From the NCBI RefSeq assembly GCF_009914755.1, contig NC_060928.1: a DNA stretch of 64,000 nt. The stretch is one strand, 5' to 3'. The translations under genes and the position numbers were made by a program. Below, in pieces: positions 1-13,193 of this stretch. The stretch's first letter is position 1. Each line of letters begins with the position of its first letter. Below the pieces are notes generated by a model. That model saw only the letters and a program-made list of their open reading frames with translations. It was not told the DNA's origin and did not search any database. This DNA is from the human T2T-CHM13v2.0 reference genome, Homo sapiens.

Positions 1-56
1 TTTCTCTGCCTCCTGTTGCTGTCAATAATTTTCCCATCTCCCACTCAAAAAATCCC

Positions 57-347
57 AGCTGAGTGCAGTGGCTCATGACTGTAATCCCAGCACATTGGGA
101 GACTGAGGCAGGAGGATTGCTTGAACCCAGGAGTTTAAGACCAGCCTAAGCAACATGGTGAAACCTCTGTCTACAAGAAAGACAAAAATCAGCTGGTTGT
201 GGTGGTGTACACCTGTAGTCCCAGCTACTTGGGCAGCTGAAACAGGAGTATTGCTTGAGACCCAGAAGGTGGAGGCTGCAATGAGCTGAGATTGTACCTC
301 TGCATATCAGCCTGGGCCACAGAGCAAGACCATGTCTCAACAATAAC
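57..347 (+). mobile_element. Alu SINE, AluJ-like, full length
   Basis: Dimeric Alu (GTGGCTCATGACTGTAATCCCAGC ... GAGCAAGACCATGTCTC), J-type GGAGGATTGCTTGA, heavy divergence; flanking direct repeat AAAAATCCCAG at ~48-58 and 348-358. Confidence 0.95.
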
Positions 348-717
348 AAAAATCCCAGCACCAGAGGGCATACATGAAAGTGAAAACTCCACATCTCAAT
401 GTCAAATCCATTCTCAGGCCTCAGGAGCAGCTTCTAACTGCTGCAGCTTTTGTTCCTTTGCAGCTGGCTCCGTAATACTGGATAATGCCTTTATAAGAAA
501 AGCTTCATGAGTGAATCTGATTCACACCAAAGGTCACCAAACACTGATCAGAGAATGAGGAACGAACTCCTTGAGCTGACCTTCAAGGTTCTTCATAATC
601 TTATTCTTTAACTACATTCTGTGGATCCGATATTCTAGGCATGGGCATTTTCAAGAGTCTGCTGCCTTTTCTTACATTGTAGTCTCGGACTGGTATGTCC
701 TAACCCCCATTTCTGCA

Positions 718-718
<1 letters not shown>

Positions 719-765
<47 letters not shown>
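719..765. repeat. (ATT)n microsatellite
   Basis: Uninterrupted ATT run of about 15 units. Confidence 0.98.
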
Positions 766-1287
766 CCTTCAAGTACTCACTTCAAATGAAATTCCTCTAT
801 GTAAGTGCCTTCTAAACTATTTCCCTATTGGTTTTTCTTTACCATATTTCTTTGATATTTCCAGAGCACAAATTTTATTCTATTCAGAGCTATTCAATGA
901 CATTGCATGCTATGCTCATTTAAACTCACCAGAATCCAACTGCAGATCTTCAGAAGAAAGAGAGAGAAAGAGAGAGCAAGAGATACTACATAGGGATCTG
1001 TTGTTTCCACAGCTGGAATCAGTTCTCCTGTTGTTTCTTATGGTGTTGGTGCTTGTGAGGCTTTTAAAGTACAGTATGAGTCTACTCAATTTTCGCATTA
1101 CTTGCTGATTTTAGAACCCCACTCTCCCAGCAAGATACTAGTCCTAGTTAATTAGTTGTTTGCATGTGTCAGTGCAACCTTCTTCTTTGATCTGCATTTG
1201 GCTACTTACACATAACATACCAGAGTGCTTTCAAAGCACATTATTCCTTTTTTTTTTTTTCAACTTGAGGAAGGAAGTTAACTACTA

Positions 1288-1640
1288 AGTATAGCTTAGT
1301 GTTTAAGGTTCCAGGCTCAGAGCCAATCTGCTCAGGTTTGAATCCTAGCTGTACCACGTTTTGGGGTAGGATGACACATATTGTTCTGGTTTGCCCAGGA
1401 CAACCCCTTTTTATACCTTCCGTTTGTTCTAGCATCCTGTGCAGTGACTGCCTCCTTTCATGCTCAGATGTGTCCTGGTTTAGACGATTAACTCTATCAT
1501 CCCTCTCCTTTGGAGTAACTTTGTGCTTTTAAGCCTCAGCTTTTTCATCTGTAAAATGTAGAAAATATCATTACTTAAAGGCTGTTTCTAAAACATGACG
1601 AGCAGAATTCTGCATAGAGTAAACTTCTAATAAGCATTAG
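1288..1640 (+). mobile_element. MIR SINE, split by a hAT MITE
   Basis: GGTTTGAATCCTAGCTGTACCAC on the left, resuming at AGCCTCAGCTTTTTCATCTGTAAAATG (MIR core) after ~1510. Confidence 0.75.
1367..1504. mobile_element. MER94-like hAT-Blackjack MITE
   Basis: TAGGATGAC...GGTTTGCCCAGGACA...GTGTCCTGGTTTAGACGAT...ATCCCT resembles MER94; ~135 bp with decayed TIRs. Confidence 0.7.
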
Positions 1641-4600
1641 CCACATTTCCCTCTTCCTTTGTTTTCTTGGGAAGGGTGTGTGCCTAAGTCATACTGTCCT
1701 AACTTGTTCACCAGTATTCAGGGATATGGCTTACTCATGCAATACTTCTTCCTTACAGTATTTACTCTCAATATTGGAAAATTGTTGTAATATACAGATT
1801 TTGTTAGAACAAGACATTTTATTGCTACATGTCAAAAAATGGTCTATATATATATATGTGCATATATAGAGATACACATATATGGTCTTCTCTGTCTCTC
1901 TCATCTTTCTGTACATATTAGACACACATACAAATGTAAGTTTATAAAGTCTTAATGTGAATGCCCCCTTCTCCCTTACATAAGGTATTCTAATGCATTA
2001 CAAAACATGAGGAATGTTCAAATAATCTGAAGAATTATAATCAGTCGTTTATGCCTTTATGAGCTCAACTTTCAAAACTGTTTAAGAATCGAAAAAATCA
2101 GAATTGTTTATACCTAATTCTAGTGCTTGGGTCTAATAGGATGGGGATAAAAGCACATTTTAGGAATATCCTGTAAAAAATTCAAGGCAGAGACAAAGGC
2201 AATGATTAATTAGGCAACAAGTATATTAACATAAAACTTCATATGAAATCTATAGATTCCCAAGCTGCTTATTAGACCTTGGTAAGTCGTTGAGAATCTG
2301 AGCTGTAAGAAATGAAGCTCACTTAAAAAATAACTACCAAGAGCAGACCAAATGGTCTTCGCTTGATAAACCTCGCTCTGCCTGCCTATACAGTTGAGGC
2401 AGAAGCCATCTAGAATGCAGTCTCCTTCCTAAGCCTCTGAGAAGCATGTCATTACTCTTTCCACTTTGAAAAAGGAGTCTGTCAATCAAGAAAGCTTATT
2501 TTACAGGTCCTGGAGGGGAGGAATAACACATTCAGTTTTACTCTCTCTTATTCTTGGTAACACTTCATCTCAAGTGCCCATTGAACAGCACACTCAATAA
2601 CTTGGGCTGAATTATGATGAAAGCACTCTCCTGGGAATCCAAGGCATCTGTATCAACCAGCCGTTGCCATTAGTTTACAAGGATGCATAAAATCATGGGC
2701 CAACATAAGTAAATTATGGCCAACCCCCGTGTGGGAACCACAAAAAAGCCGACCCTAATGAAGGATTAGAGGAAATCCCTTTGTTCTCAGGTTCTCTCAG
2801 ATCTTATCACCTGTACTACCTTAAGAAGTCAGTGGGTTACACCTCATTTCTTCTTTTTATAATGACATATGTGACACTTCATCCTGGGATTCAGATCTTA
2901 ATTTTTCAGTTCCTTTTTTCATGTCATGATAAAAAATTCTGGAGAATATATAGTGTCAGCTTCCTTTCAGATTCATCATTTCAATATTTTCATCTGCTAC
3001 AACTGTTTAATTAGGAGAGGCTTCTTTTGGTAGGCTCCTTTTGTATAACTTTAATGAAACTGAAGAGCATGAAATGTGGTTTCCCTGCTTTTAAATGAGG
3101 CTACTTTTATAGAAATAAGATGAGAAATGGAGAAATTGTTGAAGTCACAGTGCATGAAATTAAGGGAGCCCAAACTGTATTGGCAATAGTGCTTTTTTTT
3201 TTCTTCTTAAGTTGATGTTTTTGAGGAGCAAGGTTGTGGTTGCTAACAAACAGGGTCGATATTGTTTTTTCTTTCTTTTTTTTTTTTTAAGTTCATAGAC
3301 TTCTCACAGACGTGCCCTTAAGGATTCAATTTGTTGTTGTTTAGGAAAATTGTATGAAGCAAACTATGTGTGATAGAGGGTTATTTTCAAACACTACAAA
3401 AGCAAATTAATGATGGCATCTAGTTATGAGATAAAAACCCGATATTGTGCTGAATCTTATCTAAAGCAGGATTTAATGTGTATGATTGAAATAGAATAAT
3501 TACAGAAAATTTCAAGCCACTTATGCTATAATCATAAGCCATGTACTAGACTAGGAGGCTCTACCAAACCAATAATGTGTTAGTTATGTGCTCATCATCA
3601 AATTTTCTATCATACTATTCTGAATCTACAAATATAAAGGGAGGAGATGACGCAGCAATTTTCTCTTACATTTAATCCGTGCAACAAGCACTTTGGAAAT
3701 TCAAGTACCAAATTCAGGAAGTCTATATTGCCTTGCTAGACAGTGTAGGCTAACTTGATAACTGGCAAAATATTTTTTCAGGTTTTGGAACTGGTTTTAA
3801 GTGCCAGTTAAAAATTATAAAGATATTGAGTGCAATTTTCCTCCTGACTTATAGGTGATTAGCACTCTTAGCTAAGAACAAGGAGATATTAAGCACCCCC
3901 AAATTTAAAGAAAGTACTTCCAAGAGCCAGTAACAATTGGAGCCAGAAAACTTGATCAGGAATTTGTTAGTTCACGAACCCCAACCTGCACTCCAGCTCC
4001 CTCTTGCTCCCCATCTCGGACTATCCGAAGGAGAATTGAGGCAGCATGGAGAAAGAGAAGCTTCCTGGGCTTCCATTTCATGCTGCAGATGGACTCTCCT
4101 CTCTTCATGGGATAGTTGGGCATTTGTCAGTTTCTACCCCATCCATCGTGTACTATGGGGGAGTCAAGAACTGAGGACTTTGGGAGGTGTGGAGCCAGAT
4201 CTGGCTTCCTTTTTCAGAGAACTGAGATGTGGGAAGACTCCCTGGGCTTCCTGATGAACTCTGAAGACAACCCCTGAAAGAGTCAGCTCTTGGACTTCTG
4301 GAATTCAGAGGGCAGAGATGACCATTCAAGGATAGCCAGGAAAGCATAGACAACCAACATGGAAGGGACTACAATCAAGACAGTTTGTTGAAAAAACATG
4401 CCCCCTTCCTTTCTCTCTTGCCTCCCATCTACTTCAACCCCAAAGAAGTTAAGCTTTGAAAAAGTACAGGGATGAATTAGTCTCTCCCTCCCCATCCACT
4501 TAGAGATGCTGAGCAGGGGTGAAAGAGTTGGTCTTGCGGTGCTGTCCACACTCAAGCTTCTGTAGCCACAGACCTGGCTTTGGCAGGGGGATGGCTGAGG

Positions 4601-4964
4601 CAGAGATCAGATGTAAACAGAATATGAGAGAAACTTTAAGCCGAAGAGTGTTCTAATGACTTGAGATTAAACTGAAATGACTGAAATGTAAGAGATGAGC
4701 TAAAATGTTGGACAAAACAACATTGAAAACAGTGATTGGGAAATAAATATCTATATCCAAAAAGTCAGTAAAATCAGTTTCTCTTTGGTTCCTTTGATCA
4801 TGTTTGATCTCTTTTTATAATTTTCTTTTGAATTTAGGATAAAACCACTGGGGTATTCACTCTTAAAATTACTGAAATTAAACAGATAAAAACAAATGGT
4901 TTTTTCATAACTGAAAACTTCTGGTGTTTCTTATATTTAATGACACATGAAAAATATTCCTCAA

Positions 4965-5095
4965 TACTATGTTCAGTACCTGGGTGATGGGATCATTCAT
5001 ACCCCAAAACTCGGCATCACGCAATACAGCCAGGTAACAAACTTGCACATGTACCCCCTGAATCTAAAATAAAACTTGAAAAAATAAAAAAAAAT
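4965..5095 (+). mobile_element. L1PB-like 3' end, heavily 5'-truncated
   Basis: CCTGGGTGATGGGATCATT...GTAACAAACTTGCACATGTACCCCCTGAATCTAAAATAAAA followed by an A tail. Confidence 0.9.
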
Positions 5096-5309
5096 CCCCA
5101 AGAGAAGAGATTTCTGGAAAAAGAGGACAGCGGCAGCTACAATAACAACAACATCAATGAAAGCCAACAACGTTGTTCTGGCTTCTCTGTTTGTATAAAT
5201 CATTTAAAACAGTGCAAAGCCAAGTAAGTAGTATTAAATTTATCTTTGTAGAAAGACTAATCTTCTATTTTACCTCTAGGAGATGAATTTTCTATTCTTC
5301 TTATGTCTC

Positions 5310-5880
5310 TGTCCTAGGTTGAGTTTTCTGAGATGCAGACTTAAGGTAGAGAGTGGTGTGTGGGAGGTTTATTGGAGAATACTCTCTGATCAACACGTGG
5401 AGGGGAGTGGAAGGACCATGACTGGGTAGAGTGAGGGGTCGAACTGTGATGCAGTCACAGCAAAGACTGGAATGATGCTTCGAGTTGCTCTGAATTGCAG
5501 CCAGGAGACTGGGCCTTTCTTTATTCTCTGCATAGGCCAGTCTTGGTTGCAGGATGTTCTTGGGAAGGGAATATGACCTGACTCAGCCGAGAACTTCAGC
5601 TGTCAGTACTCCCAGCAGTAGTGTGCTGGCAAACCAGCTCTCTGAGGCAGGGGGAGCAAGGCGGGGAGAAATTAATCTTTATTCGTGGTGTTCACCAGTT
5701 TCCATGGTGTAACTACTCCCATCATTGCTAATTTCAAACTATTGTCATGATGTCACTGAACAATAGTTATGAAGAGATGCCCACAATTTGCCCTCACGGG
5801 CCAGCAAAAGCTGGCCCCAGCACATCATTGGTTCAGTCCTTGGAGAGGGGACCTTGATGTGCACCATGTCGTCTACCACA
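5310..5880 (-). mobile_element. LTR16A-like ERVL solo LTR, interrupted by MER63
   Basis: TGTCCTAGGTTGAG...GATCAACAC...GAACTGTGATGCAGTCACAGCA...TCTACCACA; TG..CA termini. Confidence 0.7.
5616..5830 (-). mobile_element. MER63A-like hAT-Blackjack MITE
   Basis: TIRs CAGTAGTGTGCTGG (5616) and CCAGCACATCATTG (5817-5830); internal TTTCCATGGTGTAACTACTCCC and GATGTCACTGAAC. Confidence 0.85.
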
Positions 5881-6919
5881 CTGACTTCTTTTCGTGGAAA
5901 GCAATACTTTTAAAACTTAGAGAATTTTCAGCTACATAGGACACATCATAATAAATAGTTGCAAGTTTAAACTCAGTGAAATTAAACAACCTGGAGTGAG
6001 AAAGTCATTTATATTCCACGATATCCCAACAGCCTATTCTGATTTGGCAGTCTCAGGCTCTGAACCAACAACAACATCTGCTGACAATTTATTCTCTATT
6101 ATCTTCTACCTGCTACTTAACCTACTGGATCAAACAATTTTGTGTTCACTGTTCCCTATCCACCTGTAAGTTGGAGTGTTCACTAGTAAAAATGGAAATA
6201 TAGCTTTAGAAGTTTTTTCATGCCCTGATTGGAATGTCTTTATAAAGTTTTCAAATATATACCACGTACTCCAATCCACCCCTATCTTTGGTCAATTTCT
6301 AATTTATTTCCCTTTAATTTCATCCTGATTGACTTTCTGAATGCTTAGGAAGGGCAAAAAGTCTAAAAGGCCTGCTGAAAACAAAAGGGAGAATAATGAT
6401 GGTGCACTTGACATTTCACTTTTCTGGAACCCATAGAGATTGCTAACCTCCGAGGCATATTCACTTTTCTCACCCATTCACCAGGATTGGCCTGTTCTCT
6501 ATCTGAGACTCTCTCTTCCTTTGTCTACTATGGAGTTGACTATAATAGCACAACTTTTTTCATTCTTGTCTTTAAGAAAAAGATTGTATGCTTGGAATGT
6601 AGGAGGCATACAATAAATATATATTGTTTTGTTAAATAAGATTGTATTACTCTAACAATTAAAGGAAAGGAGAGAGGGCCTATGAAATAAGACACAAGAG
6701 AAACTGTCAAGACAATAAGGTATTTACACTCTTTATAAGAATAGTTATCACCAGTCATCACTGAGGTGTAAAATAGATGTGTTTGATTTTTCACCCATTT
6801 AATTTCTTAGTCTGTCTTCTGTGGATTGATTTCTTTTATTTCTAGGAATGGCTCCCTGGAACTGCCCTACCTTAGACAAGAAAGTTTCATAGTCCCTACA
6901 AAGGAACAGAAATGTGAAT

Positions 6920-8910
6920 GATATATTAGTTACAGCAAGGGCTAAACTGTTGTTAACAAAGGGAACTAGAAATGAAATGGTTTGAGTAACATAGAGATTA
7001 CTTTTTAGGTAACACTTTAGCCAGTCCAGGTCAAGGTGATAGGGGCAGCTATGTTTCATAAAGGACAATCTTTAGGGACCCATATTCCATTTAACATGGC
7101 TGTGCTTTATGTCATGAAAAGGGGAGAAGTCCAGAGCAAGACATTTCTTTTCAACAAAGTAACAATGAAGTTTCAGAATGCACACATTGCTTCTACTCAC
7201 ATTCTACTGGAGGCTGGAAAATGAAGTTTCTAGTTGGATGCTGATAAAAATATTTGGGGGCAGCTAGTAATTTGCCACTCTGGCCTCCTAAATATCCATG
7301 TATATGCTTTCTTGCCATATACAATTCCCTTGGGATTCTTTCTGAATGTCAGGGAAGATAATTATGGCCTCATTTATTACAGCCTCAGATGGAAGCTCAG
7401 GAGTTCTGGGTGGTAGTTCTCTCCAACAGGTCCAGATGAAGTTCTGCATTCTGGGGACCATAAGACAATAGACAAATTACCAGCCTAGAACATAACTACA
7501 ACTGAATGGGAGAAACTCCCATTCAGAAAAGGGAAGAATTACAAACATAGCAAATTACAAAAATAACCTGAGTTATTAAAGACTTCCTACCCCAGCAGTG
7601 GAGTATGGTCCGTTTTGGCCCTTCTGGCCACCCCTGGTTCTGCTTTCTGAGATAGCTCCCTTGACCATCTCCGCTGTGGACCCTAGCTTTATCCTTTGCA
7701 AGAATGCTACTTGTGAGTTTTTTCTCTATTGGAAATAGGTATTCAGTATGAGTTTTTGTAGCAGCTTCTGGCTGAAGCAGCCTGGGATTTCTTGGGTAGT
7801 ACAATTTCCTGGAAAACTTGGCCCTTCAATCCATTTGCTTCCAGTCATTTCTATTGACAGGTAGCCTTACATAAAGATTTTTTCTAGACAAGTTCTTATT
7901 TTTGCTGATTCTCTTACATTTATTGGCATCTCATCCTGTTCTGTCCCTCAATTCCGTAGTTAGGTTTGGACTGGAAGATAACAGTCTAATTGATTTCCCA
8001 ACTATATGCATCTCATGCCAAGAAGTCTTTATGAGAGGTGATTGAGAGAGGCTCCAGGTAATAGACTTATGTTCTGCTATCCTTGGGTGTACGACCAATT
8101 GTACTTCCAGTCCTGTGAGACTTCACATTTCTGGATTCTCAGGAGAATTACATTTCTGACTGCAGGCAAGGAGAGTCTCACTTAGTAGATCCATAGCTCT
8201 TTCTAAGTCTGCTTTCGAACAGGCAAATTCTTGCCTGAGTTTATCTCTTTCTTATGTATCTTGTTAAAAGTGGTAAGGAATAATTTCTATTTTTTTTCTC
8301 ACTGCTTCTCCTGGAGCAATAGGCTTGTTGGGCATACAGTTTGCTTTCTGAGTTATTTAGGCGGGCATTTTACCAAGTGCTTTAGCATGGCATAACAAAG
8401 GGTATAGAAGTACACACTTTCTATTTCTTCTGCCTACCACCTAATTTTTAAACTAGTTTAGAAACATATTTTAGGCTTTGTTACATAGTATCCTGCTTCC
8501 AGATACTAATGTCTATATTATTATTATATCTTGCTGTTGTTATTATAATTATTCTGTATTATTGCTAACTTCTTAGCTAAGCCAAGGTAAAGGTTATGTA
8601 GCTATAAACATATAGTTATATGCTAAATATATAGTTATATGCTATAAACATATTTTAGGCTTTGCTACATAGTATCCTGCTTCCAGATACTAATGTCTAT
8701 ATTATTATTATAACTTGCTATTGTTACTATAATTATTCTATATTATTGCTAACTTCTTAGCTAAGCCAGGGTAAAGGTTATGTTGCTATAACATGGATCC
8801 CTAAATACAGTGACTCATATGGGAAATATTAGTCTGGCTTGTCCAGGCTCTGAGGGTAGTTCTGCTACACAGTATCACCGATGGACTTAGATTTCTTCCA
8901 TTTTGTTGTC
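6920..8910 (-). mobile_element. Old MaLR (MLT1 J/K/L-like) LTR-internal-LTR remnant
   Basis: Two similar LTR-like blocks (~6920-7270 and ~8570-8910) flank MLT-int-like sequence ending CCTGCTTCCAGATACTAATGTCTATATTA. Confidence 0.55.
8462..8791. repeat. Tandem duplication, two ~146-bp copies, period 184
   Basis: 8462-8607 vs 8646-8791, about 7 substitutions by eye. Confidence 0.97.
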
Positions 8911-9228
8911 CATCAACCTAAATGCCTGTGCTTATGGAAAAGAGACAGAATGGATCTGGGGGAGCCAGGTAGTAGTCTATCACAAATCATTAATGCGTAG
9001 GCCCAAAATGTTTCAAATAAGGTTAAATAATGTTTTAGAAATACTACACTATGCTATCAATCTCATTGTCCTCTTTCATGAAGAATAAGAATCTTAAGCC
9101 ACTCTCCACAAATGCCTTTTTAAATGGAATCATGAAGTCATCCATTGTTTTTTAATTGGAAGTAGTCCAGCTCCCTTAGGAGGCATTGGGACATGTGTGG
9201 ACATGCGTTGGGTATTTGAGATGTCTGG

Positions 9229-9572
9229 TGCTATGGTGAATGTTAGTTCCCTCCTAAAATTCATATGTTGAAATCTAACCATCAATGTGATGGAGTTTAA
9301 GAGGTAGGGCTTTTGGGAGGAGATTAGGCAAAGCTCTCATGAATGAAATTAGTGCCCTGATAAATAAGATTCAGAAGACTGTCTTGAACTTTATTCCAAG
9401 TGAACACACAGCAAAGAGATACCTTGTATGAACCAGAAAACAGACTCTCACCAGACACTCAATCTGCCAGCATCTTGGTCTTGGACAGGATTTGCTAGAA
9501 ACAAATTTCTGTTGTTTACCAGCAACCCAGTGTATGGTATTTTTGTTATAGCAGCCTGAACAGACTAAGACA
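9229..9572 (+). mobile_element. MLT1A-like MaLR solo LTR
   Basis: TGCTATGG...AATTCATATGTTGAAATCTAAC...TATAGCAGCCTGAACAGACTAAGACA; perfect 5-bp TSD TCTGG (9224-9228 / 9573-9577); sits in a MER20-like fragment. Confidence 0.92.
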
Positions 9573-11689
9573 TCTGGGGGCTGCTACTGGCATATAATAC
9601 CCAAGAGCCTCAATTTAAGGTGAGGGGCATTCCCTTGTAATTAAGCGTTGTCCCAGCGAAAATGTGTGAAGAACGTAATTTCTTATTCCATGGCCTTCAT
9701 TTTCAGGTCAATAGTGTCAGATATGAGAATAGAATGCAGATTTTTCTGACTAGCTGTTGGGTTTACTTTCTAAAATCCAGTCCCCAAAGGACAATGTTAA
9801 TTTACACTTTTTAAAAAAAACTGTGCTTTTGGTTCCCACCTGTTCTATAGCAGCAGCAACTTACCTGCATAATTCTGTCTTTCCTTAACATATTTGAAGA
9901 GTCAAACAACTGTTAAAAATAGAATGACAGTTGTAGGGGAAGGAAATAAAAATCTAAATTCAGTATCTCTATATATACATATACAAATAGGAATATAAAC
10001 AGACAAATATAGACTATGACTATAAAGCTTTAAGACTTAATTTTGGTATGAGGCTTGTGAAATCAATCTCCTTGCTTTATATTCATGCTTGATATACGTG
10101 GGTGCTATGCTTTCCCCATTCAAGTGAAAAATGTCCAGGAGTGAAGTGTGGAGGCATTAGGTTAGGAGCGATTGAGCCCACGGGCAATGGGCAGAGCCTG
10201 TGGATTGAGTGTCAGATCAAGGGCTGGTGTCCAGAGTGCTGGGACCAAGAAATCAAGAGAAGGAAAGAAAAAAAGGAGCCACCTCAAGTCAGGAAGAACA
10301 CAGGTACCATTGCAGACCCAAGCCAGCAACAGTTTCTTTATCCAGGTAGGTGGTCAGGGAACAAGCCAGGAGGCGCCAGGAAAAGGGGGTGTTGACATTG
10401 AATAACACAGTGCAGCCTGGGTGTTTGTTATATGTTTCCTGCTGCAAACCAATTACCAGCAACAACAAAATAAGGTAGGAATAAAACATAGCAATGTCAA
10501 CAGTAACAATAAATACCAATAACGGGATTCCTAGGGAAAACCATCATGGCACATGGAAGGGAGAATGAAATAAGGAAATAGTAAATACATCATCCTGACT
10601 GGAGGCACAAAAGTTAGCTATAAGGGCAAACCGTGGCATGTGTTTCTTCGCATGTTGAGTATGTAAAAGAGCATATTGTGACTGCAGAACCAACAATGCC
10701 ACTGAGAAGGGATGATGCACCATTTGCTTTAGGATTTTTGTCTTTCCCTTTCATGTATTGTTTAAATGATCAAAAAATCTGTTAAAAATAGGGATGACAG
10801 TTTTTGGAGAAAGAAATCCAAAGCTAAGTACATTATGTGTACATGCATAAATAGAAGTATAAACACGGAGGCATGGAAAAAGGCACAATAAGAAGATCGT
10901 GTCACTGACAGCAGACTCTGCACTGGGAGTGAGTACAGAGACACACCCTTTTCTGTAGGTCCCTGAGCTGTTTATTTTTATATGAGCATTGTGCAGAGGG
11001 CCAAGTATGTATGAACTTAGTGTAACAGGACAGCTTGTTTGCTCTTTTTAGAGTCTACAACTGTCAGGTTCTGGAGCCCCTCCGAGTTCCCTATAGTGTT
11101 CTGATTTCACATGGCTTCATATATGGTTAAAAAAGAGTGTAACTTACTATTTGCCTCCTTAAAAACCTGTTCCATCTTTTCTGCTGTACAGTTGCTACTT
11201 AGTAGCGTTTTCAAATCCATTATCAGAGGAGGTCACCTGAAAGGACTTACTCCTTTTCTCAGAACTCCAGCACAACTGGACTCTCTAATTTTGTTTTTTT
11301 CTGTGACTGGTTCCCTCCCATCCCCAGGAATAGAGAATTTAACTTTTTGTTTTTTTTGAGGATAGCTTCAATTTAACAACTTATTTAGTGGGTGTGTTTG
11401 AAAGATGAGCTGGCTTGCTACTCACCAGCCAATGTACCAAGCTTCTCCTTAGTGTGTGTGATCTAGTCTCACCTCAAGAGTTTAGAATGGGAGGAAGTGG
11501 CAGATAGGCAACAGATATGACAAGATCATTCTATGTCCTTTCTCCCATTCCTGACCCATCTCATTCTTGAGTCTTCTATGACACAACTGCTTAGGTCATC
11601 CAGGTATTTCTTTGCCTTCCTCTGGATTCCAGTCTTCACTGTGGCAGGGAATCTCTGTGGCTGCTGAGAGTTAATTAAGAGAGAGAATC

Positions 11690-11850
11690 TTGGAAACTTA
11701 GAGCTTTAAGGGACCTTAAAGACTATCTGCTCCACCTCTCCTTTTGCAGGCTGAGAAATGGAATCTCATGGAACAGTATCTAGGGCAGCTAATTAGGGAA
11801 GAGTCAGTCCTGGAACCCAGGTCTTCTTCTGGGCTGTTTCCAATAGGCCA
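11690..11850 (-). mobile_element. MIR-family fragment
   Basis: GGGACCTTAAAGACTATCT...TTTTGCAGGCTGAGAAATGGAA...CTGGAACCCAGGTCTTCT. Confidence 0.6.
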
Positions 11851-12844
11851 TACATATTTTCTTGCCATTGGCAGGAGACTGCACAATGGTATCCAAGTAT
11901 TTGCTCTATAAATAGACACTTCTCAGGGTGCTTTATTCTTCATGTTCTATATAATAACACTGTCACTAGCAGCAATTTCTGCCACCACACAGTTAGCAAA
12001 CAGAAGAATAAAGAATCCCTTATCCTCTTGTTTTATTTTCCTTTCTATTTTGTGACTTTTCTCCAATGAAGACCTGAATAGAATCTCAGAAGAGGAGGAA
12101 TGTTTGAATCCCCCTTCTCTGCCCTGTGTAATTCTTACATTTGGAAAAAATGTATCCTTGTTCCAATTTTCTAAGAAGATGGTGGATTCCTCTGCCCCAG
12201 TTGTAAATCTTCTCTTCATGTCAGTATCCTCTCAGATTTAATCTTGAAGTGCAAAATGTTGTCTGACTGCCTTGGCTCATATCTCCAGTAGCTACATGCC
12301 ACTGTAACCAGGGTCACAGAAATCATTCCTCGCAGATGGCTGCGTCCCTTTCTCTTTGTGACAGTGTCGGTCAGCCAAAGTGTTTACAGGTGTGTATTTC
12401 CTGGTGGATGCTTGGGCTTGTGACTGCCATATGGTGTCAAGACTGATATCTGCATCAACATCTTCTGGACATAAGTAGCTGAAAAGCATTTGTTAGGGAT
12501 TTGTGGGAAACACAGAGGTCTGTGTAGATAGCCACAGTATGATATGCTCTTTATTTGTCCATTCATTTGTACTTTTTTTAATTCAACAGATATTTAGTGC
12601 AATCTTACTCTGTGCTAGGTGCTGAGGCTACTGCACTGAATGAGACCCAATCCCTGCTCTCCAGGAGCTCATAGTCTAGTTGGGGAGGTGGATTAAATAT
12701 GTGAATTATTACATAACCCAGTGTGATACTCATTCAGACAAGGCGTATTGAAAGAATCATAGAAGGAGAAGAAAGAGATTGCATTTTGCTTGATCTGTGA
12801 AGGGAGAAAAATCTTCTGTTTAAGGTGATACTTGAGTGAGTGTT

Positions 12845-13193
12845 TGATATGGTTTGCTGTGTCCCCACCCAACTCTCACCTTGAATTGTAATAATTCCCT
12901 TGTGTCAAGGGTGGGGCAAGGTGGAGATAAATGAAACATGGGGGCGGTTTCCCCCATACTGTTCTCATGGTAATGAGTAAGTCTCACGAGATCTCCTGGT
13001 TTTATAAATGGGAGTTCCCCTGCACAAGTCCTCTTGCCTGCCACCATGTAAGACATGACTTTGTTCCTCCTAGCAACATAATTGTGAGGCCTCCCAAGCC
13101 ATGTGAAAAAGTGAGTTAATTAAACCTCTTTCCTTTACAAATTTCCCAGTCTTGGGTATGTCTTTATTAGCAGTGTGAGAATGGACTAATACA
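12845..13193 (+). mobile_element. THE1C-like MaLR solo LTR
   Basis: TGATATGGTTTG...TCTCACGAGATCT...GGACTAATACA; perfect TSD GTGTT (12840-12844 / 13194-13198). Confidence 0.95.

Noticed and set aside
4538-4550. REST/RE1-like GGTGCTGTCC
   Set aside because: Only one half-site; no GGTGCTGA half at the expected spacing
12928-13102. DUX4 site and PRDM9 13-mer in the THE1 LTR
   Set aside because: Both are degenerate here: TAAATGAAACA instead of TAATTGAATCA, and CCTCCCAAGCCAT misses CCNCCNTNNCCNC at two positions
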